Positions 46,101 through 59,100 of a stretch of 64,000 nucleotides of DNA are shown piece by piece. The stretch's first letter is position 1, and every line of letters begins with the position of its first letter. The stretch comes from Auanema rhodensis. Lineage: Eukaryota > Animalia > Nematoda. The notes below the pieces were generated by a model, which made no database searches, had not been told where the DNA came from, and saw nothing but the letters and a program-made list of their open reading frames with translations. Where the stretch lies: NCBI GenBank assembly GCA_964057225.1, contig CAXKVF010000079.1:1-64000 (forward strand), written 5' to 3'. Position numbers and translations under genes: made by a program.

Positions 46101-46205
46101 CTTGGTATGTAACTCGCTTCACGTGAAAGATAAAGAGATGCGGTTTTCAAAATTAGATTCCCCATGTCCATATTAGTCTAAAAACAAATTTTTATTGATA
46201 TTGGT

Positions 46206-46220
46206 TCATGGTAACCATGA
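46206..46220. other. 15-bp dyad TCATGGT-A-ACCATGA (once per consensus monomer)
   Basis: Perfect 7-bp arms around a 1-nt centre; contains GGTNACC. Confidence 0.95.
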
Positions 46221-46229
46221 CTTTGAAAT

Positions 46230-46270
46230 TTACGTGAACTTTAATTTATGCTAATTAAATGTACACGTGA
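46230..46270. other. 41-bp imperfect inverted repeat (once per monomer)
   Basis: TTACGTG-a-AC-TTTAATT-tatgct-AATTAAA-t-GT-a-CACGTGA: perfect 7-bp inner arms, with outer ACGTG/CACGT pairing. Confidence 0.85.
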
Positions 46271-46293
46271 TGTGCACTTGGTATGTAACTCGC

Positions 46294-46303
46294 TTCACGT
46301 GAA
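46294..46303. other. Perfect 10-bp palindrome TTCACGTGAA (CACGTG E-box/G-box core; once per monomer)
   Basis: Self reverse-complementary. Protein binding is not demonstrated. Confidence 0.9.
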
Positions 46304-49300
46304 AGATAAAGAGATGCGGTTTTCAAAATTAGATTCCCCATGTCCATATTAGTCTAAAAACAAATTTTTATTGATATTGGTTCATGGTAACCATGACTTT
46401 GAAATTTACGTGAACTTTAATTTATGCTAATTAAATGTACACGTGATGTGCACTTGGTATGTAACTCGCTTCACGTGAAAGATAAAGAGATGCGGTTTTC
46501 AAAATTAGATTCCCCATGTCCATATTAGTCTAAAAACAAATTTTTATTGATATTGGTTCATGGTAACCATGACTTTGAAATTTACGTGAACTTTAATTTA
46601 TGCTAATTAAATGTACACGTGATGTGCACTTGGTATGTAACTCGCTTCACGTGAAAGATAAAGAGATGCGGTTTTCAAAATTAGATTCCCCATGTCCATA
46701 TTAGTCTAAAAACAAATTTTTATTGATATTGGTTCATGGTAACCATGACTTTGAAATTTACGTGAACTTTAATTTATGCTAATTAAATGTACACGTGATG
46801 TGCACTTGGTATGTAACTCGCTTCACGTGAAAGATAAAGAGATGCGGTTTTCAAAATTAGATTCCCCATGTCCATATTAGTCTAAAAACAAATTTTTATT
46901 GATATTGGTTCATGGTAACCATGACTTTGAAATTTACGTGAACTTTAATTTATGCTAATTAAATGTACACGTGATGTGCACTTGGTATGTAACTCGCTTC
47001 ACGTGAAAGATAAAGAGATGCGGTTTTCAAAATTAGATTCCCCATGTCCATATTAGTCTAAAAACAAATTTTTATTGATATTGGTTCATGGTAACCATGA
47101 CTTTGAAATTTACGTGAACTTTAATTTATGCTAATTAAATGTACACGTGATGTGCACTTGGTATGTAACTCGCTTCACGTGAAAGATAAAGAGATGCGGT
47201 TTTCAAAATTAGATTCCCCATGTCCATATTAGTCTAAAAACAAATTTTTATTGATATTGGTTCATGGTAACCATGACTTTGAAATTTACGTGAACTTTAA
47301 TTTATGCTAATTAAATGTACACGTGATGTGCACTTGGTATGTAACTCGCTTCACGTGAAAGATAAAGAGATGCGGTTTTCAAAATTAGATTCCCCATGTC
47401 CATATTAGTCTAAAAACAAATTTTTATTGATATTGGTGCATGGTAACCATGACTTTGAAATTTACGTGAACTTTAATTTATGCTAATTAAATGTACACGT
47501 GATGTGCACTTGGTATGTAACTCGCTTCACGTGAAAGATAAAGAGATGCGGTTTTTAAAATTAGATTCCCCATGTTCATATTAGTCTAAAAACAAATTTT
47601 TATTGATATTGGTTCATGGTAACCATGACTTTGAAATTTACGTGAACTTTAATTTATGCTAATTAAATGTACACGTGATGTGCACTTGGTATGTAACTCG
47701 CTTCACGTGAAAGATAAAGAGATGCGGTTTTCAAAATTAGATTCCCCATGTCCATATTAGTCTAAAAACAAATTTTTATTGATATTGGTTCATGGTAACC
47801 ATGACTTTGAAATTTACGTGAACTTTAATTTATGCTAATTAAATGTACACGTGATGTGCACTTGGTATGTAACTCGCTTCACGTGAAAGATAAAGAGATG
47901 CGGTTTTCAAAATTAGATTCCCCATGTCCATATTAGTCTAAAAACAAATTTTTATTGATATTGGTTCATGGTAACCATGACTTTGAAATTTACGTGAACT
48001 TTAATTTATGCTAATTAAATGTACACGTGATGTGCACTTGGTATGTAACTCGCTTCACGTGAAAGATAAAGAGATGCGGTTTTCAAAATTAGATTCCCCA
48101 TGTCCATATTAGTCTAAAAACAAATTTTTATTGATATTGGTTCATGGTAACCATGACTTTGAAATTTACGTGAACTTTAATTTATGCTAATTAAATGTAC
48201 ACGTGATGTGCACTTGGTATGTAACTCGCTTCACGTGAAAGATAAAGAGATGCGGTTTTCAAAATTAGATTCCCCATGTCCATATTAGTCTAAAAACAAA
48301 TTTTTATTGATATTGGTGCATGGTAACCATGACTTTGAAATTTACGTGAACTTTAATTTATGCTAATTAAATGTACACGTGATGTGCACTTGGTATGTAA
48401 CTCGCTTCACGTGAAAGATAAAGAGATGCGGTTTTCAAAATTAGATTCCCCATGTCCATATTAGTCTAAAAACAAATTTTTATTGATATTGGTTCATGGT
48501 AACCATGACTTTGAAATTTACGTGAACTTTAATTTATGCTAATTAAATGTACACGTGATGTGCACTTGGTATGTAACTCGCTTCACGTGAAAGATAAAGA
48601 GATGCGGTTTTCAAAATTAGATTCCCCATGTCCATATTAGTCTAAAAACAAATTTTTATTGATATTGGTTCATGGTAACCATGACTTTGAAATTTACGTG
48701 AACTTTAATTTATGCTAATTAAATGTACACGTGATGTGCACTTGGTATGTAACTCGCTTCACGTGAAAGATAAAGAGATGCGGTTTTCAAAATTAGATTC
48801 CCCATGTCCATATTAGTCTAAAAACAAATTTTTATTGATATTGGTTCATGGTAACCATGACTTTGAAATTTACGTGAACTTTAATTTATGCTAATTAAAT
48901 GTACACGTGATGTGCACTTGGTATGTAACTCGCTTCACGTGAAAGATAAAGAGATGCGGTTTTCAAAATTAGATTCCCCATGTCCATATTAGTCTAAAAA
49001 CAAATTTTTATTGATATTGGTTCATGGTAACCATGACTTTGAAATTTACGTGAACTTTAATTTATGCTAATTAAATGTACACGTGATGTGCACTTGGTAT
49101 GTAACTCGCTTCACGTGAAAGATAAAGAGATGCGGTTTTCAAAATTAGATTCCCCATGTTCATATTAGTCTAAAAACAAATTTTTATTGATATTGGTTCA
49201 TGGTAACCATGACTTTGAAATTTACGTGAACTTTAATTTATGCTAATTAAATGTACAGGTGATGTGCACTTGGTATGTAACTCGCTTCACGTGAAAGATA

Positions 49301-52300
49301 AAGAGATGCGGTTTTCAAAATTAGATTCCCCATGTCCATATTAGTCTAAAAACAAATTTTTATTGATATTGGTGCATGGTAACCATGACTTTGAAATTTA
49401 CGTGAACTTTAATTTATGCTAATTAAATGTACACGTGATGTGCACTTGGTATGTAACTTGCTTCACGTGAAAGATAAAGAGATGCGGTTTTCAAAATTAG
49501 ATTCCCTATGTCCATATTAGTCTAAAAACAGATTTTTATTGATATTGGTGCATGGTAACCATGACTTTGAAATTTACGTGAACTTTAATTTATGCTAATT
49601 AAATGTACACGTGATGTGCACTTGGTATGTAACTTGCTTCACGTGAAAGATAAAGAGATGCGGTTTTCAAAATTAGATTCCCCATGTCCATATTAGTCTA
49701 AAAACAAATTTTTATTGATATTGGTGCATGGTAACCATGACTTTGAAATTTACGTGAACTTTAATTTATGCTAATTAAATGTACACGTGATGTGCACTTG
49801 GTATGTAACTTGCTTCACGTGAAAGATAAAGAGATGCGGTTTTCAAAATTAGATTCCCCATGTCCATATTAGTCTAAAAACAAATTTTTATTGATATTGG
49901 TGCATGGTAACCATGACTTTGAAATTTACGTGAACTTTAATTTATGCTAATTAAATGTACACGTGATGTGCACTTGGTATGTAACTCGCTTCACGTGAAA
50001 GATAAAGAGATGCGGTTTTCAAAATTAGATTCCCCATGTCGATATTAGTCTAAAAACAAATTTTTATTGATATTGGTTCATGGTAACCATGACTTTGAAA
50101 TTTACGTGAACTTTAATTTATGCTAATTAAATGTACACGTGATGTGCACTTGGTATGTAACTCGCTTCACGTGAAAGATAAAGAGATGCGGTTTTCAAAA
50201 TTAGATTCCCCATGTCCATATTAGTCTAAAAACAAATTTTTATTGATATTGGTGCATGGTAACCATGACTTTGAAATTTACGTGAACTTTAATTTATGCT
50301 AATTAAATGTACACGTGATGTGCACTTGGTATGTAACTCGCTTCACGTGAAAGATAAAGAGATGCGGTTTTCAAAATTAGATTCCCCATGTCCATATTAG
50401 TCTAAAAACAAATTTTTATTGATATTGGTGCATGGTAACCATGACTTTGAAATTTACGTGAACTTTAATTTATGCTAATTAAATGTACACGTGATGTGCA
50501 CTTGGTATGTAACTCGCTTCACGTGAAAGATAAAGAGAAGCGGTTTTCAAAATTAGATTCCCCATGTCCATATTAGTCTAAAAACAAATTTTTATTGATA
50601 TTGGTTCAGGGTAACCATGACTTTGAAATTTACGTGAACTTTAATTTATGCTAATTAAATGTACACGTGATGTGCACTTGGTATGTAACTCGCTTCACGT
50701 GAAAGATAAAAAGATGCGGTTTTCAAAATTAGATTCCCCATGTCCATATTAGTCTAAAAACAAATTTTTATTGATATTGGTGCATGGTAACCATGACTTT
50801 GAAATTTAAGTGAACTTTAATTTATGCTAATTAAATGTACACGTGATGTGCACTTGGTATGTAACTCGCTTCACGTGAAAGATAAAGAGATGCGGTTTTC
50901 AAAATTAGATTCCCCATGTCCATATTAGTCTAAAAACAAATTTTTATTGATATTGGTTCATGGTAACCATGACTTTGAAATTTACGTGAACTTTAATTTA
51001 TGCTAATTAAATGTACAGGTGATGTGCACTTGGTATGTAACTCGCTTCACGTGAAAGATAAAGAGATGAGGTTTTCAAAATTAGATTCCCCATGTTCATA
51101 TTAGTCTAAAAACAAATTTTTATTGATATTGGTTCATGGTAACCATGACTTTGAAATTTACGTGAACTTTAATTTATGCTAATTAAATGTACACGTGATG
51201 TGCACTTGGTATGTAACTCGCTTCACGTGAAAGATAAAGAGATGCGGTTTTCAAAATTAGATTCCCCATGTCCATATTAGTCTAAAAACAAATTTTTATT
51301 GATATTGGTTCATGGTAACCATGACTTTGAAATTTACGTGAACTTTAATTTATGCTAATTAAATGTACACGTGATGTGCACTTGGTATGTAACTCGCTTC
51401 ACGTGAAAGATAAAGAGATGCGGTTTTCAAAATTAGATTTCCCATGTTCATATTAGTCTAAAAACAAATTTTTATTGATATTGGTGCATGGTAACCATGA
51501 CTTTGAAATTTACGTGAACTTTAATTTATGCTAATTAAATGTACACGTGATGTGCACTTGGTATGTAACTCGCTTCACGTGAAAGATAAAGAGATGCGGT
51601 TTTCAAAATTAGATTCCCCATGTCCATATTAGTCTAAAAACAAATTTTTATTGATATTGGTTCATGGTAACCATGACTTTGAAATTTACGTGAACTTTAA
51701 TTTATGCTAATTAAATGTACACGTGATGTGCACTTGGTATGTAACTCGCTTCACGTGAAAGATAAAGAGATGCGGTTTTCAAAATTAGATTCCCCATGTC
51801 CATATTAGTCTAAAAACAAATTTTTATTGATATTGGTTCATGGTAACCATGACTTTGAAATTTACGTGAACTTTAATTTATGCTAATTAAATGTACACGT
51901 GATGTGCACTTGGTATGTAACTCGCTTCACGTGAAAGATAAAGAGATGAGGTTTTCAAAATTAGATTCCCCATGTTCATATTAGTCTAAAAACAAATTTT
52001 TATTGATATTGGTTCATGGTAACCATGACTTTGAAATTTACGTGAACTTTAATTTATGCTAATTAAATGTACACGTGATGTGCACTTGGTATGTAACTCG
52101 CTTCACGTGAAAGATAAAGAGATGCGGTTTTCAAAATTAGATTCCCCATGTCCATATTAGTCTAAAAACAAATTTTTATTGATATTGGTTCATGGTAACC
52201 ATGACTTTGAAATTTACGTGAACTTTAATTTATGCTAATTAAATGTACACGTGATGTGCACTTGGTATGTAACTCGCTTCACGTGAAAGATAAAGAGATG

Positions 52301-55300
52301 CGGTTTTCAAAATTAGATTCCCCATGTCCATATTAGTCTAAAAACAAATTTTTATTGATATTGGTTCATGGTAACCATGACTTTGAAATTTACGTGAACT
52401 TTAATTTATGCTAATTAAATGTACACGTGATGTGCACTTGGTATGTAACTCGCTTCACGTGAAAGATAAAGAGATGCGGTTTTCAAAATTAGATTCCCCA
52501 TGTCCATATTAATCTAAAAACAAATTTTTATTGATATTGGTTCATGGTAACCATGACTTTGAAATTTACGTGAACTTTAATTTATGCTAATTAAATGTAC
52601 ACGTGATGTGCACTTGGTATGTAACTCGCTTCACGTGAAAGATAAAGAGATGCGGTTTTCAAAATTAGATTCCCCATGTCCATATTAGTCTAAAAACGAA
52701 TTTTTATTGATATTGGTTCATGGTAACCATGACTTTGAAATTTACGTGAACTTTAATTTATGCTAATTAAATGTACACGTGATGTGCACTTGGTATGTAA
52801 CTCGCTTCACGTGAAAGATAAAGAGATGCGGTTTTCAAAATTAGATTCTCCATGTCCATATTAGTCTAAAAACAAATTTTTATTGATATTGGTGCATGGT
52901 AACCATGACTTTGAAATTTACGTGAACTTTAATTTATGCTAATTAAATGTACACGTGATTTGCACTTGGTATGTAACTCGCTTCACGTGAAAGATAAAGA
53001 GATGCGGTTTTTAAAATTAGATTCCCCATGTTCATATTAGTCTAAAAACAAATTTTTATTGATATTGGTTCATGGTAACCATGACTTTGAAATTTACGTG
53101 AACTTTAATTTATGCTAATTAAATGTACACGTGATGTGCACTTGGTATGTAACTCGCTTCACGTGAAAGATAAAGAGATGCGGTTTTCAAAATTAGATTC
53201 CCCATGTCCATATTAGTCTAAAAACAAATTTTTATTGATATTGGTTCATGGTAACCATGACTTTGAAATTTACGTGAACTTTAATTTATGCTAATTAAAT
53301 GTACACGTGATGTGCACTTGGTATGTAACTCGCTTCACGTGAAAGATAAAGAGATGCGGTTTTCAAAATTAGATTCCCCATGTCCATATTAGTCTAAAAA
53401 CAAATTTTTATTGATATTGGTTCATGGTAACCATGACTTTGAAATTTACGTGAACTTTAATTTATGCTAATTAAATGTACACGTGATGTGCACTTGGTAT
53501 GTAACTCGCTTCACGTGAAAGATAAAGAGATGCGGTTTTCAAAATTAGTTTCCCCATGTCCATATTAGTCTAAAAACAAATTTTTATTGATATTGGTTCA
53601 TGGTAACCATGACTTTGAAATTTACGTGAACTTTAATTTATGCTAATTAAATGTACACGTGATGTGCACTTGGTATGTAACTCGCTTCACGTGAAAGATA
53701 AAGAGATGCGGTTTTCAAAATTAGACTCCCCATGTCCATATTAGTCTAAAAACAAATTTTTATTGATATTGGTGCATGGTAACCATGACTTTGAAATTTA
53801 CGTGAACTTTAATTTATGCTAATTAAATGTACACGTGATGTGCACTTGGTATGTAACTCGCTTCACGTGAAAGATAAAGAGATGCGGTTTTCAAAATTAG
53901 ATTCCCCATGTCCATATTAGTCTAAAAACAAATTTTTATTGATATTGGTTCATGGTAACCATGACTTTGAAATTTACGTGAACTTTAATTTATGCTAATT
54001 AAATGTACACGTGATGTGCACTTGGTATGTAACTCGCTTCACGTGAAAGATAAAGAGATGCGGTTTTCAAAATTAGATTCCCCATGTCCACATTAGTCTA
54101 AAAACAAATTTTTATTGATATTGGTTCATGGTAACCATGACTTTGAAATTTACGTGAACTTTAATTTATGCTAATTAAATGTACACGTGATGTGCACTTG
54201 GTATGTAACTCGCTTCACGTGAAAGATAAAGAGATGCGGTTTTCAAAATTAGATTCCCCATGTCCATATTAGTCTAAAAACAAATTTTTATTGATATTGG
54301 TTCATGGTAACCATGACTTTGAAATTTACGTGAACTTTAATTTATGCTAATTAAATGTACACGTGATGTGCACTTGGTATGTAACTCGCTTCACGTGAAA
54401 GATAAAGAGATGCGGTTTTCAAAATTAGATTCCCCATGTCCATATTAGTCTAAAAACAAATTTTTATTGATATTGGTGCATGGTAACCATGACTTTGAAA
54501 TTTACGTGAACTTTAATTTATGCTAATTAAATGTACACGTGATGTGCACTTGGTATGTAACTCGCTTCACGTGAAAGATAAAGAGATGCGGTTTTCAAAA
54601 TTAAATTCCCCATGTCCATATTAGTCTAAAAACAAATTTTTATTGATATTGGTGCATGGTAACCATGACTTTGAAATTTACGTGAACTTTAATTTATGCT
54701 AATTAAATGTACACGTGATGTGCACTTGGTATGTAACTCGCTTCACGTGAAAGATAAAGAGATGCGGTTTTCAAAATTAGATTCCCCATGTCCATATTAG
54801 TCTAAAAACAAATTTTTATTGATATTGGTTCATGGTAACCATGACTTTGAAATTTACGTGAACTTTAATTTATGCTAATTAAATGTACACGTGATGTGCA
54901 CTTGGTATGTAACTCGCTTCACGTGAAAGATAAAGAGATGCGGTTTTCAAAATTAGATTCCCCATGTTCATATTAGTCTAAAAACAAATTTTTATTGATA
55001 TTGGTTCATGGTAACCATGACTTTGAAATTTACGTGAACTTTAATTTATGCTAATTAAATGTACAGGTGATGTGCACTTGGTATGTAACTCGCTTCACGT
55101 GAAAGATAAAGAGATGCGGTTTTCAAAATTAGATTCCCCATGTCCATATTAGTCTAAAAACAAATTTTTATTGATATTGGTGCATGGTAACCATGACTTT
55201 GAAATTTACGTGAACTTTAATTTATGCTAATTAAATGTACACGTGATGTGCACTTGGTATGTAACTTGCTTCACGTGAAAGATAAAGAGATGCGGTTTTC

Positions 55301-56199
55301 AAAATTAGATTCCCCATGTCCATATTAGTCTAAAAACAGATTTTTATTGATATTGGTGCATGGTAACCATGACTTTGAAATTTACGTGAACTTTAATTTA
55401 TGCTAATTAAATGTACACGTGATGTGCACTTGGTATGTAACTTGCTTCACGTGAAAGATAAAGAGATGCGGTTTTCAAAATTAGATTCCCCATGTCCATA
55501 TTAGTCTAAAAACAAATTTTTATTGATATTGGTGCATGGTAACCATGACTTTGAAATTTACGTGAACTTTAATTTATGCTAATTAAATGTACACGTGATG
55601 TGCACTTGGTATGTAACTTGCTTCACGTGAAAGATAAAGAGATGCGGTTTTCAAAATTAGATTCCCCATGTCCATATTAGTCTAAAAACAAATTTTTATT
55701 GATATTGGTGCATGGTAACCATGACTTTGAAATTTACGTGAACTTTAATTTATGCTAATTAAATGTACACGTGATGTGCACTTGGTATGTAACTCGCTTC
55801 ACGTGAAAGATAAAGAGATGCGGTTTTCAAAATTAGATTCCCCATGTCGATATTAGTCTAAAAACAAATTTTTATTGATATTGGTTCATGGTAACCATGA
55901 CTTTGAAATTTACGTGAACTTTAATTTATGCTAATTAAATGTACACGTGATGTGCACTTGGTATGTAACTCGCTTCACGTGAAAGATAAAGAGATGCGGT
56001 TTTCAAAATTAGATTCCCCATGTCCATATTAGTCTAAAAACAAATATTTATTGATATTGGTTCATGGTAACCATGACTTTGAAATTTACGTGAACTTTAA
56101 TTTAAGCTAATTAAATGTACACGTGGTGTGCACTTGGTATGTAACTCGCTTCACGTGAAAGATAAAGAGATGCGGTTTTCAAAATTAGATTCCCCATGT

Positions 56200-59100
56200 C
56201 CATATTAGTCTAAAAACAAATTTTTATTGATATTGGTTCATGGTAACCATGACTTTGAAATTTACGTGAACTTTAATTTAAGCTAATTAAATGTACACGT
56301 GGTGTGCACTTGGTATGTAACTCGCTTCACGTGAAAGATAAAGAGATGCGGTTTTCAAAATTAAATTCCCCATGTCCATATTAGTCTAAAAACAAATTTT
56401 TATTGATATTGGTGCATGGTAACCATGACTTTGAAATTTACGTGAACTTTAATTTATGCTAATTAAATGTACACGTGATGTGCACTTGGTATGTAACTCG
56501 CTTCACGTGAAAGATAAAGAGATGCGGTTTTCAAAATTAGATTCCCCATGTCCATATTAGTCTAAAAACAAATTTTTATTGATATTGGTGCATGGTAACC
56601 ATGACTTTGAAATTTACGTGAACTTTAATTAATGCTAATTAAATGTACACGTGATGTGCACTTGGTATGTAACTTGCTTCACGTGAAAGATAAAGAGATG
56701 CGGTTTTAAAAATTAGATTCCCCATGTCCATATTAGTCTAAAAACAAATTTTTATTGATATTGGTTCATGGTAACCATGACTTTGAAATTTAGGTGAACT
56801 TTAATTTATGCTAATTAAATGTACACGTGATGTGCACTTGGTATGTAACTCGCTTCACGTGAAAGATAAAGAGATGCGGTTTTCAAAATTAGATTCCCCA
56901 TGTCCATATTAGTCTAAAAACAAATTTTTATTGATATTGGTGCATGGTAACCATGACTTTGAAATTTACGTGAACTTTAATTTATGCTAATTAAATGTAC
57001 ACGTGATGTGCACTTGGTATGTAACTCGCTTCACGTGAAAGATAAAGAGTTGCAGTTTTCAAAATTAGATTCCCCATGTTCATATTAGTCTAAAAACAAA
57101 TTTTTATTGATATTGGTTCATGGTAACCATGACTTTGAAATTTACGTGAACTTTAATTTATGCTAATTAAATGTACAGGTGATGTGCACTTGGTATGTAA
57201 CTCGCTTCACGTGAAAGATAAAGAGATGCGGTTTTCAAAATTAGATTCCCCATGTCCATATTAGTCTAAAAACAAATTTTTATTGATATTGGTGCATGGT
57301 AACCATGACTTTGAAATTTACGTGAACTTTAATTTATGCTAATTAAATGTACACGTGATGTGCACTTGGTATGTAACTCGCTTCACGTGAAAGATAAAGA
57401 GATGCGGTTTTCAAAATTAGATTCCCCATGTCCATATTAGTCTAAAAACAAATTTTTATTGATATTGGTTCATGGTAACCATGACTTTGAAATTTACGTG
57501 AACTTTAATTTATGCTAATTAAATGTACACGTGATGTGCACTTGGTATGTAACTCGCTTCACGTGAAAGATAAAGAGATGCGGTTTTCAAAATTAGATTC
57601 CCCATGTCCATATTAGTCTAAAAACAAATTTTTATTGATATTGGTTCATGGTAACCATGACTTTGAAATTTACGTGAACTTTAATTTATGCTAATTAAAT
57701 GTACACGTGATGTGCACTTGGTATGTAACTCGCTTCACGTGAAAGATAAAGAGATGCGGTTTTCAAAATTAGATTCCCCATGTCCATATTAGTCTAAAAA
57801 CAAATTTTTATTGATATTGGTTCATGGTAACCATGACTTTGAAATTTACGTGAACTTTAATTTTTGCTAATTAAATGTACACGTGATGTGCACTTGGTAT
57901 GTAACTCGCTTCACGTGAAAGATAAAGAGATGCGGTTTTCAAAATTAGAATCCCCATGTCCATATTAGTCTAAAAACAAATTTTTATTGATATTAATTCA
58001 TGATAACCATGACTTTGAAATTTACGTGAACTTTAATTTATGCTAATTAAATGTACACGTGATGTGCACTTGGTATGTAACTCGCTTCACGTGAAAGATA
58101 AAGAGATGCGGTTTTCAAAATTAGATTCCCCATGTCCATATTAGTCTAAAAACAAATTTTTATTGATATTGGTTCATGGTAACCATGACTTTGAAATTTA
58201 CGTGAACTTTAATTTATGCTAATTAAATGTACACGTGATGTGCACTTGGTATGTAACTCGCTTCACGTGAAAGATAAAGAGATGCGGTTTTCAAAATTAG
58301 ATTCCCCATGTCCATATTAGTCTAAAAACAAATTTTTATTGATATTGGTTCATGGTAACCATGACTTTGAAATTTACGTGAACTTTAATTTAAGCTAATT
58401 AAATGTACACGTGGTGTGCACTTGGTATCTAACTCGCTTCACGTGAAAGATAAAGAGATGCGGTTTTCAAAATTAAATTCCCCATGTCCATATTAGTCTA
58501 AAAACAAATTTTTATTGATATTGGTGCATGGTAACCATGACTTTGAAATTTACGTGAACTTTAATTTATGCTAATTAAATGTACACGTGATGTGCACTTG
58601 GTAAGTAACTCGCTTCACGTGAAAGATAAAGAGATGCGGTTTTCAAAATTAGATTCCCCATGTCCATATTAGTCTAAAAACAAATTTTTATTGATATTGG
58701 TGCATGGTAACCATGACTTTGAAATTTACGTGAACTTTAATTAATGCTAATTAAATGTACACGTGATGTGCACTTGGTATGTAACTTGCTTCACGTGAAA
58801 GATAAAGAGATGCGGTTTTAAAAATTAGATTCCCCATGTCCATATTAGTCTAAAAACAAATTTTTATTGATATTGGTTCATGGTAACCATGACTTTGAAA
58901 TTTACGTGAACTTTAATTTATGCTAATTAAATGTACAGGTGATGTGCACTTGGTATGTAACTCGCTTCACGTGAAAGATAAAGAGATGCGGTTTTCAAAA
59001 TTAGATTCCCCATGTCCATATTAGTCTAAAAACAAATTTTTATTGATATTGGTGCATGGTAACCATGACTTTGAAATTTACGTGAACTTTAATTTATGCT

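Larger units (their letters stand above)
46180..46355 (+). repeat. Reference consensus monomer (176 bp)
   Basis: Identical to its neighbours in the pure-consensus run at ~46.0-47.4 kb; used as the coordinate reference for motifs. Confidence 0.97.

Noticed and set aside
46288-46304. CENP-B box-like motif around ACTCGCTTCACGTGAAA
   Set aside because: Only 5 of the 9 essential positions of NTTCGNNNNANNCGGGN match (6 in the rare AATTCGC variant), and CGGG is missing.
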